Assembly (NCBI RefSeq): GCF_964355755.1
Contig: NC_092677.1
Location: 24,167,175-24,231,174 of the forward strand
DNA from: Antedon mediterranea
Taxonomy: Eukaryota; Animalia; Echinodermata
Reading direction: 5' to 3'
Length of the DNA stretch: 64,000 nucleotides
Below, piece after piece: positions 13,286-25,200 of the stretch. The notes below the pieces were generated by a model, which ran no database searches, was not told where the DNA came from, and worked only from the letters and a program-made list of their open reading frames with translations. The position numbers and the translations under genes were made by a program. How positions within the stretch are numbered: the first letter of the stretch is position 1; the number at the start of each line of letters is the position of its first letter.

Positions 13286-16200
13286 GTAAGTTAATTGTGT
13301 ATATATGCTACAAATGCTACAACTACAACACTACTGTTGTTAATTAGAAAGGTTATCTGTGTCTCAAAGCTACTGACCTTCTGCTGTGAGCCTTTGTCTA
13401 TTTTCATAATGTAACAGTAAAACGTTAGAAAATTTATGATTAATAATAATAAACTGTATGGCTGTAAATACAGTATAAATTTGTATACTGAATAGTTATT
13501 GCGTTTACGCGGCTGGTCTATTATTAAGGAAAAGGATGACTTATTTAGGCTTAGTATTCAAGGATATGGGATGTATTGTACGTGCAATAGGTAGATATAG
13601 TTCATACGTAATAATATGATGGTGTTTTAAGCCATTGTTATAACAAAGCTCACAAGTGAATATAAACAATCGATGAACAACTGCAGCCATTGAAAATCAT
13701 TCATGAGCAATCAACCGAAAACAGCTTTAAGTTAATTCTAAAAACTGAGGATCATAATTGAGGTTGCTGCACAAACTACCACAAATAATGAAATACTATG
13801 TAATATCATACTAAGCTACAGTATGTTAAATCAAAATGGTGGTAGGTATCCATGATATGAAATATGCCCTTCTTTTAATCTAGCCATTATTGCACTGAAC
13901 TGTTACTAAATCTACCAGCAAATTTAATGCAGTGTTGTTATTTAAATTGCCTTCTATCCAAACACCATGTTCACTTGACCAGAGCTGTTTGTATTACACT
14001 TTAAGAGCTGTGTAGAATAAAAGAAAGATTTGTTGCTCAATAGTGTGTGTTTTTTATAATTACCTGTTAATAACGCGTAAATAGTGGTCATTGATTGACT
14101 AATCCCATTGCATCTCATTTGATAGTGACCTATTTGAAGGTGTATGGAGTGCAAACTGTGCCAAACAATTTCTTATTAATTCATGATTATGGAATGGAAA
14201 TTGTGTAGAAAAAATTTGTATTGAATATTATTTTAATAAGCTTTACATATCTTTACATTCTTTGAATTCCTGCTTTTAACCTTGTAGTAGTTTTAATTGA
14301 AGAGCAGTAATTGGCATTTTACTTATCATATCTACAAGGTACTGTGTACATACAGTACTATATTCTAGTCTATACAATCTGTGAGGTTGTACTATTTTAA
14401 TGCATACTGGTAGCAACAAGGAAAATATGGTAAATGTATATCATTAAAATTTATGATTATCATGATCATTATTATTATAACTCATGACGTGTCAAAAAGA
14501 TTAGGATGGGTACCGGAAAAGAAAATGTTGGTGATAAGATCTACTAAGAGATTCAGTAGAGCTTTCTTGGGATGCCAAATTGGAAAATCTTGAATTACCT
14601 ACAGCTTCCCTAGGGTGAGGCTACAGTACTAAAGAATTAACAGTTGGTGACAATGTTTTTAAATAGGCCTATATACTGTAGTTAATGCTTACTTAGAGTA
14701 ATGTAGATGTCATTGCAATAAAGGTTGCTGACAAATCTAGGACTAGTTTTACAGTTACTGATTTTCTGTTGAGAAACACGGTAAAAAGTTTAGTGACAAA
14801 ATCTTAAACAGTTTCTGCTTACTTGGTAATAAGGTGGAATAAGGTTTGTCACAACATCTTGAACTAGTAATAGTAGGTAGAGTATACAGAATACCTTCAG
14901 GAGAATATAATTGTTGACAAAATCTTTAACTACTACAGTTTACAGTCTACTTTCTTACTGTAGGATGGATGACACAGTAAAATAAGGTTGGAGACACTCT
15001 TGGATGTTGAACTAGTACTAGTATTTGGTGAGAAGGGAGTTGACACAGCGTGAAAGGGTTGGTGACAAATCATTTGTGATCAGAAAGTTCTAATGTTCCT
15101 TTAGGTGATAATGTAAAAGGTTAACAAATATTTTGCTACTGTATACAGTAGTACTGCTGTAAGTAAGAGGAAAAAACAAAAGAGCCCCTTGTTGTAAATG
15201 CTATGGTAATATTTTTAGTTGATATTTGGAATTGATTGATAGATGGCTAGTAAAGCTTCACTTATTAAAATAATAGTTATTGTACCTAGTTTAAAAAAAC
15301 AATTATTAACTGATCTGTAGCATTGTTAATTGTTAAATAAATAAACGGAAATATTCAAAACTTGAATAGCATTTACGATTTGTTAATAAGATTTGGAATG
15401 TGGAATAAATACTGTATCTGCTGTATCATATATAAATTGATATTTAATATGTGATTATATTTTTGTCATTCTCTACTCCACTGTAGATTCAAGTTCAAAT
15501 TGTATGAAGGATATTTTATCAGCTTGCAATAATCTCCATATTCTAAAGTAGCTAGCATTTTAACGATCCAAATGGACTAATTAACATCACATTCATTCTA
15601 AATTTGAGCAGATTGAACGTACATGACATGACCTACTCGTTAAAACTAACAGCACCTTCGCTGCCCTTTTGTAGACGTTTCCGTTTTAATTTAAAAATCA
15701 ATTTGAATCCAAGACGTTGGTTTTCATATGAGGGGCAATAACTACAGTATAATCAAGGTGATTTGCATAACAAAGCACAATCAACGATGACGACGAAGGA
15801 AGGATTTATGATTATGTAATGTACGTTTAATTTCTTTTCTCCCAATCTTAATTCTCATAATTAAAAATTTTTAACAAATACACTTTGACGTGTAAGTGAT
15901 TGACGTGTAAGATCACTTATACTGTACATCACCATCAACAAATTCTGAATGTGGGTGTTTTTAAACATGACAATTAAACATATACTATATAGTCCCCATT
16001 GTCACCAAAAACATAAAATAAATAATAAAAATAAAATAAATTTTAAAAAATAAATTGAATAAGATCACGCTTTGAATGTACAGTACTGTAATTTGAATAA
16101 ACTCTCTTAATCCTGAGGACGAAACATCGAGAAACATAACAGTTCTTTTCAGAGCTAACGTACGTGGTGTACCGCAAACTTTATATCAACATAATATAGA

Positions 16201-19200
16201 TACAGATCAGTAATAGTAAATTTACTTTGACCAAAAATTGGATCAGAAAAGAAAAATATTTACCTGAAAAAAAAAAACATAATTTAAAGAGAAAAACAAG
16301 TTTAAACTGCCAGCATTTTAAAAATACGGTACCCCTTAAAATTTACAGTATTTTATAAAGAAATGTGTTTGATTTCAGCACTGTGTATGAGGTACAGTAT
16401 ACTGTAATTTGGTTAGTTGAGCTTGAATCAAATGTGTTGTAGTGCAATGGCATCCATATTCACATATCTTAGTTTATGATTCTGATAAACTGATTTAAAT
16501 AACGCAGTTAATCATGTGTAGTACAGTATTTGCAAACTTTCACAAACTACAGTATTGTAAAGACAATGTTTGGAAATAAATGTACATGAACAAGAGAATT
16601 TGAATTATACTGTAGGCAAATGAAGGGGATCTTTTTGAATTCTGCTTTGTATTGGTTTACAAGTAACCTACAATTTGCACTTTTACACTTTAACCAAAAC
16701 TCTAAACATACCTAAGTATTATTTAAATTGATAAGCCTAAGTATTTTGTAACAGTTTTGAATCAAAGTTCAATCTTTATATTAATAATTCTGAACCTGTT
16801 TATTTTAAAAGTGGATCAGTAACCGCATAGAATTGGAAAGTTTGTATCAGACAATCTACATGATGTTTGTTTAATGGTTGGCTTCTGTTGCGTGTAATAA
16901 GGTAATGGTATTCTTGAGAAAAGATGAGAAATCAACACTATAAAAATTAAAGATTGACATGTTTAGCTATTAAATCATTGCAGTTTGACACATTGAACAC
17001 ACAATTATGATATACTGTAAAATGTACATTTAGTCGTGTTTCTGTTTGATTAATCTGTAATTATTCTGTGCTTACACTACAGTAGGCCTATGTGGCCGCA
17101 TTCACCAATCATGCTTAAGTGAGATAAGTATTTCCCTCAAGTACTGTATTTTCTGTATTTCACAAAAGAAGAAGTCAATAAATATTTAAAGATTTTACTT
17201 GAGTGATATTTATTAATGCATATTACGAAACTGGAAGTTTTAGCGCTCCCGGATAATCTCCTAAACAACTTTTAATGGTTGGATCTGTCTGGATTTAGAG
17301 TGACTTCGGTGGCCGGACTTGACCCACCAAATGTTCATTGTGTCCTTTGAGACTGTACATTCAGGTACAGTATACTGAATTCAAAGGATTTTATGAGAAT
17401 TCTATGGAAACCATGCTAATTTTGTTGTCTGGTGCCATTTTGTTTTGAGGAGAGTACTGTATGTCCGGTTATTTACAGTAGTGCCAACCAGCATGTTCCA
17501 GGTATACAAATATTTGTTTTACTGTATTGTTATTAGGAACATTTTTATATTACTGTACAGTATATTAAAATGGTGATTCGCTGCATAGGCCTTAATGTCA
17601 TAGTTGCTTTATAATATTGTTTTATATTGATTGTGCTCATTTGCATACTTATTTATTTTCTGTATTTCACTTAAGTGATATTTATTAATGCATATTACGA
17701 AACTGGAAACTCTGAAATAATGTTGTCCTTCTATAGGTCAGTTATAGAGAGTGTCATAACGTATTCTTTAACGGTATGGTTCGGTAGCACTACCGAAAAT
17801 GAAAGGCGTGACCTAAATAGAATAGTCAAGACCGCATCGCGTATAATTGGATCTGCACAATTGCCTTTGGAGAACATATTTTCGGATTGTCTTCTGAAAA
17901 AGGCAGTGGCTATCAAAGATGATCAATTTCATCCGGCCTCTAGTATGTTCCAGTTGATGCGCAGCGGTCGGCGATTTCGTTCTATTAAGGCCAATAAGGC
18001 ACGATTTACAATATTTCTTAGAGCCTTAAACATAATGTAGACACTTTTTTGTAATGTTTTTGTTTTTGAGTTCGTGTTGTGTCCGTTGGATATTGTGCTC
18101 CGCCAACAGAGCAAACAGAATTTCTATGTTTTTTCTTAAAACAAATGATAATAAATGATACTTGACTTGACTTGACTTAAAGCATTTTATGGTATTATCC
18201 GTTTTTTTATTATTAGCTCATGCTCAGAGAATAGAGATTGAAGGCTCATCTAGTCATGCTATTTTGAGTTGATACTTTTGCTAACCGTATTTAAAACAAA
18301 CATTTATAAACTCATTGTGATTCAATACAGTGAATTACCAAATGAAGCTGATTCCTTAGGTACTATAGGTTAGATAGAACATCAATAGGTTATCAATGTT
18401 TTAAGATAAACATTCATTATCAATTGTTTTCTAGGAACGTTTCAATTAGTTCACTATAATACATCACATGTACAAGATGTGAAAATTTATGATGGCATTT
18501 TAATGATATATTTCAAATGTATTCATTGATTTATTGTCGGTATGCTGTAGACTGTTCAAAAAGATTACAGCAATAACTAATCTTATCACAGTGGTATAAA
18601 TTGCAGATCATGATTTTCATTATACATACAGTCTTACATGTGTACAACTGTTCTTATGGCGTACAGTACTGGATATACTGTAAGAATCCACCCATGGCCA
18701 TGTACTGTAGGAATATAGTGAACACCGTTTAGTTTATAAATCACCACAAAAAAAAACCCAAGCAATTAAATAACAAGTTTACCCACTAAAAGAAGTGTTA
18801 GTAACCGAGATCCAGTGAACGTCCAGTTTAAACCACTTACACTTAAGTGGGATATTACCCTAAAAGTATTTCACTTAAGAAAATACATATTACATTACAA
18901 TAAAACTCAGCAGATTTTGTAAAATAGTGTTTATTGAGTGTGGTTGTTCTCAGCACCTGTATCTACTGTAGATTTCTCCTGTATCATGGACTTTTTGGTA
19001 ATACAACATCACATGTGTATTTATTTTCTTTCAACAATATTTTACGAAGATGTTACATCCAGCCGAAGCTGATCATTAGGGACCCTCACAAAAATACATC
19101 ATGAACAATAACAATTAAATTAAAATTTAGGATAAAAAATACTGTATCTACAGTATGATGGGTCATAGATATACATGCACCACATGTGATACAGTACAAA

Positions 19201-22200
19201 TGAGATGCTGTATTACCATAATATTGCTATTATCTGGACAAATATTGTATTGTACAGTGGTTGAGATACTGTACCAGCACATCAGCACTAAGAATCGGGT
19301 ACTGTAGAAATATATTATCATTTGTGTACAACAGAATATTTTTACATACAGCTTCAGTATCAGATAAAGAAGCAGTTTAATACATTATTCAAATATATGT
19401 TGCATAATAGCATTTATATCGCGTAATATTTGTTGCGATATAAATGCAGCATATTATACAACCTCACTGGACAGGTGATAGCTTATTATCCAAGTCAGTA
19501 GTAGCAAAGCATTATAGAGCATGCTCGTTTGTAACCCAACTTAATGCGTCTTCAACACATTAGCAAGTCGGGTAGCGGCATTAAACCAGTTTATGTCATC
19601 ACCGGTTAAATGCACCGTGCATTCACTATCGTCTATGAACAGCTATCACATATTGATTATTCCCTCGACTATAACGCAACAATATTGATTTCCACTCGCG
19701 TGTTTATAAATATTTTGCTATTGTCTACTTTTGTTAATAAAGCAGATACGTTTTTTACTTCATTTTGTTAGTATGTTTTGAGTAATATGAGAGAATGTAA
19801 AACTTGATAATGGCGGTGACAGTCGTGTGATTGGGTGATTGGATGTTGCATCACTCGCAATGTTTTATGAGTGCATATAATGTTAATTTCTATTCTTATT
19901 TTTATTGCTAAAATTGGTTTTCATCATTAACCTGTTTTGGTTTCGGGGATGATCATTGTGAGTGTATAAATTGGATTGCTTCTTAAAAAATTAGCTTATG
20001 TTTTGTTTTTTTGTCAAATATCAGCTTATTGATTTGGCCTTGAAGAGCATTTAGTCAGTATATAGTGGCGTTCACATCAGACATTAGATCATCAAGCGTA
20101 TTATGTAACATTTTCTAGTACTTACCATTAAATTGCCGTTGTTTTCGGTTTTTAAGAAAGTCAATAAATTATATAAGTGCTTTACTAATGAGCTACAGTA
20201 TTATGCACAAATACAATACTATTTTTTTCTTCATAGCAGTTGAAGCTTGGCATACAATTGTAGGGAGTACTTTGGACATCAAATTGCTTAAATTCATCGT
20301 TTATACTTTGGCCTAAAAATTAAAGCAGCATTTATATTCTTGAATCTTATTTTAATTTTTATTTATTTTTAACTGCTTTTTTGTAAGTATTTGTTTCATA
20401 TATTTATTAGTTTGAATTTGTTTACTCTAAAAATATGTAGTTAACAGTAGAAATTTAATATTTTATTTAATTTATTTTACATGGATATACCCAGTGGGTT
20501 GTACACTACATGATTCAATCACTTTTATGTTGGTTCGGTGGGGTTTGCTATTGTTTTTTGGAGGTTTGCGGGGGTTTGCAGGGTTTGCGGTGTTTGACAA
20601 TACCCAAAACTATTTGCGGCTTGAATTTCAATAACTCACACAAATTTAATTTTTTGTCAAAATATTATTAAATTAATTTGACCAAAAGTTTTGGCTTCAC
20701 AGTACCGTATTTGTATAGTAAAGTACCACTTTTTTTAGAAATACCTTGCATCAGTATTAATGTTTAGAAACAGAATCTTCCCTGATTGTACAGTACATCA
20801 CAATCAGTATAAAATTAAATTCATATTTTACATAAAATCTAGTTTTTTCCTCCACATGCAAACTCTAGCATTACGTTTGCACACATACACTAGTATATAC
20901 AGTACAGTATAATTCAAAGATTGGAAATAGAATTGGCACATTTTTAAGTTTCTACAGAATGATGGTATTTTGTATTAATATTAAATTCACCATATTTAGC
21001 ATTATCAATTTTGAAGTACTTACTGTACTCAACCCATTAACGGTGGTAGAATTTCCAAGTCAAATTGTGGCTGATTTATTAGCAAACATCTGTCAGTCGC
21101 GTGGCTTGTCTGATCTACTGGGTTCCACTATTTAGGTTTGAGCAGTCAGCAAGCATGACATTAAATGCAATAGGTTAAATGTCAATGCCAATGTCAAGAG
21201 GTCAGATGATTTATCACTCTTAGCTATTGTACATGATGTGTGATGAATACAGTGATGGTATTTTGCATGGATAAACTATGCTATGACTTTATCTTGCCAT
21301 AGATAACAGCCATAGCATTATAGTACAGTGCACTCATCTTTGTATAAAAATGTTATCTATGAAAAACTATATAAAGTTATTAAATCCAATCTTATTTACT
21401 AATTACCTGTACCATAATTGTAATGTCTGAATATCAAGCAGAAGATTCTGGGTTTGAATCTTAGTTGGGGTACCTTTTTCTCATTCTCATAGATTAATGA
21501 TGAGTTTATTGATTTACATAATGTGTTACATCACTATGCGGTACATTTTTAATGCTAATGGATTTCGAATGGTTAACTTTATTTTATTTATTAAACTATT
21601 ATAAAATAGTATTATGATTTCCGTGTGTTGATGGCAAACCAGCCCATGATATAAATTATACACATTTTGATATTATATCATGAATATTATTCATAATATT
21701 TTTTTTAAACATAAGGTTAGATAATTTTATGCAAATAAATTATAGCAACATATTTGTTCTTGATTGATTGTTTTCATTAAACTCCATTTAACTGATTTTT
21801 TAATGTTTTTTTTCTCCATCTGTTTTCACAGAACTGTAGCATGAGGTTTTAAAATTTGAAAATAATATAAAAAAAATAATGTAATTTTTATTTTGCCTAA
21901 TAAGTTAAATTAATATTGTAGCATCTCATTAAACTTTCAGTCCAATGGATAATACAGTGTAAAACTAAAATGCATTCATGTTTTATACTAGGAATGTCAA
22001 TTAAATCTGGCTTGGAATTTATCTTGTAAATATCAAGGAACAAAGATAGCTGAACTGCCCAAAACACCTGGCAAATGTAAGAAATCCTATTAAATACAAA
22101 GGTTGACCCAGTGACTCTTTTTATTAAAAATCTGATTAAAAATTATGTTAATGAATAAACAGAAATGCAGCTGTCTATTAATAAAGTATATAATAATATA

Positions 22201-25200
22201 GACAACTGATTGAACTGTGTTTTTTTATGTTATGGGGGGGGGGGGGGGGGTGTAGGGTGATGTTTTTTTTATTATTATACTACTGTATTGTAGTAGGCGG
22301 CAAATTCTTGCTTACCTTATTTTTAGTAGTAAGTTTAGTTTTTGTTTCACTATTTTTTACAACTAACAAAGGTTTGGTCGATAGTGGCTAACAAAAAAGC
22401 ACATTATAGCCTTGCTTAGCCTGACTTACTATACACATGAAAGCATCATAAAATATGTACAGTTGTTTATTGACCAAATTGTATAATAGCAATGTCTATT
22501 ATATTATATTATTATTATAACAACTTTCAAATCAGTGTTGTTGTAGCATTAATTCATCTTGTTTAATGACAGCACCTTCATTCAAAATAATATTCCTAAT
22601 GAACACACAATATTAATGAAATTCAGATAAAACCTTATATCCTTATTAAATAAACAGGCAGTGACACCGGTACAATAGTAAGATTGATTGAGTCGTAGGC
22701 TGTTGAATATGTTCAATTGTTTTTTCTCTTTGATACACTTTAAAACGTGTGGTTGTTAATAAATAGTCACAATTCATTCTAGTTAAGTTTTGTTCTTTGA
22801 TCATAAGTTGTGTAATTTATCCTATTGAGTTGGTTGTTGCCCTACTTCTTTGTTCCTGTGTTTTTTTTTCCATCTGAAGTGGCAAATGCCATACCTTAGA
22901 ATGTTGGATCTATACTTTTACTTTATATGGCCAAGTAAGTATGTAATGAATTTAATATATTGTGAATAGAAAGATTTAGATAGAGTTTATGAGTGCGATG
23001 GTTCAAATAATTTCATGTACTGTATATCAACTGCTGTCCTTATATAAGTTGATTTATGGTACACAATACATAAATATATATTATTCATAAACTCATAAAT
23101 AGTTATGAAGACTATTGACCTGTTTTAAATTTTATAATAAATGCACAATATGGTATAACGAATAAAGACTTCTTTCCTTAGCCAAGTTTTTTAACTTGAC
23201 TATTTCATTTTTATTGTACTGTACACACTAAAGTGACTCTAAGACTTCTCTAAATGTTCACGATTTTGTCCATGCAGATACTATAGAGATCAGGCAAATG
23301 ATATTGCAATGCTATGGAACTGATAGAGGCATTTTTGTCAAAGTTGACCATGCCAGGCTAGGCTAAGTCAAAAGCATCCAGAGTGAAAATTACCCCAACA
23401 GTAGCCAAACCAGTCTTCCTCTAGCATCTGTAGCTAGAATCTACATTTATATGTTTCTAAAACCAATACAATTACATTGTAAAGATCTGTCTGCACAAAC
23501 TAGTTTGACAAAAAAAAAGTGTCATGTGCCCAAATATGGTAGTGATTTTACAAAATCATCATCATAGGCACACCATATTTGTTGTCACATAAAGTTTGAT
23601 AGTGTGAATGTGCTGACATCGCCCCAATGTTACTTTACTGTAGTTTGACCAGGTCCTCATCAGTAATTCTATACTCGCTTTGAAAAGATTTCTGCCTTTA
23701 TAAAATTTATCACTTGTGAAATATTACTTTATTGATGTTCCTGCCATATTACACATATTGCTCTTAAATCTTCATTGCTATTTCTTGGCAAAGTTTTAAT
23801 TAAGCACTTTTGTACGACTGGCCTCTCATTTGACTTGAAACAGACATTTATTTCAACTGGTACCAGTTATGTTTCTGTTGACCGAGAGATTTGGAAGTTG
23901 CCACATCAACACTGCCAACTGGTATACTGTTTGTAGCCAGGAGTACACTGAAATTGCATTGTAAAGATGTACCTACAGTATGTGAATTCATTTCTCGCAC
24001 AGTAGTAAACAATTGTCTGTTGATTCTGTGGTCTTTATGGAAATATCATGTTGAGAAAGATCTTAATAATTGGAACTACTGTACTTCTGAATAAACAATA
24101 TTATTACTGAATTTTATTTTTATTCTGAACAAGCTATACTTTATTTTATATGCTTTTTTATTCATTTTGTTATTATTTATTTATAATACTCTTTGTTTTG
24201 TACTTGGTTATAATTAGCTTAATTGGTATTTGTTTATTTAAATTGATCTTGAAAGAACAAGATGTATTGGAAAGTTGATATATTCTTTTCTCAAACATGT
24301 GATCTTCAGACATCTTTGTTCAGATACAATACTACCAATAAGTCTTTGCTGAATTCTTTTGCTGGCCTAACTCATGACCTCTGTCGTGACCTCTTGTGAC
24401 ATCGCTCTTGATTTAAATCATTCATCATCATCTGCCTCATTATGATTTACTATTATGTGTTTTAATGTTGAAGAAAGAATGCAACATCAATGTATGTGGA
24501 ATTTAGAAACATGAACATGGGACTAACTGTGGATAAAATTTCAATAGCATATTCATGGAATCTGTCTGCACAAACTAGTTTGACAAAAAAAAGTGTGATA
24601 TGCCCAAATCTGGCAGTGATATGCCCAAATATGGGCAAATCACATTTTTGTTGTCACAAAGTTTGATAGTGTAGACAAAGCTTTAGAATTGGTTAAAATC
24701 AAGTTTGTAGCTAATGGGGATCCAAGGGGGGTAAACCAACCCCTCGTTTTTTCTGAAGTGCCCTTTTTAAACTAGCTAGTAGAAGATGTGAAGGTGTAAA
24801 CTAGCCTTGGTCATAACAATTTATGCCCCTTTTGAAGTACAACGAACCTTTCAATAACAATCCTGGCTATGGGCTTGAAAGTTTTTAATAATTTGTACTT
24901 TATAATACTGCACTGTACTGGTAATATTTTGGAGTTAACGTTTGTCTGTTCACACAACTGGCACTATATTGGTGTTAATTTGGATCAGCTTACAGTAACT
25001 CAGTGTGTGTGAACAAAATCTTCTATTCAGAACAAAATTATTTTTTTATCATAAGTTGTGCTGACTTTGTACAACATTTATATACAGTATACTGTAGATA
25101 GTAATATCTATTATAATTTGAGGTTACTGGTATTTAATTAATTGTTATATTTAATGATTCCTTCTTCTGTTTTTACAGGTGGACTTACAGCCAAACCTCC

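Noticed and set aside
17675-18040. Independent 121-aa gene
   Set aside because: It is a truncated LINE ORF2 C-terminus with a non-ATG start and a retrotransposon tail.
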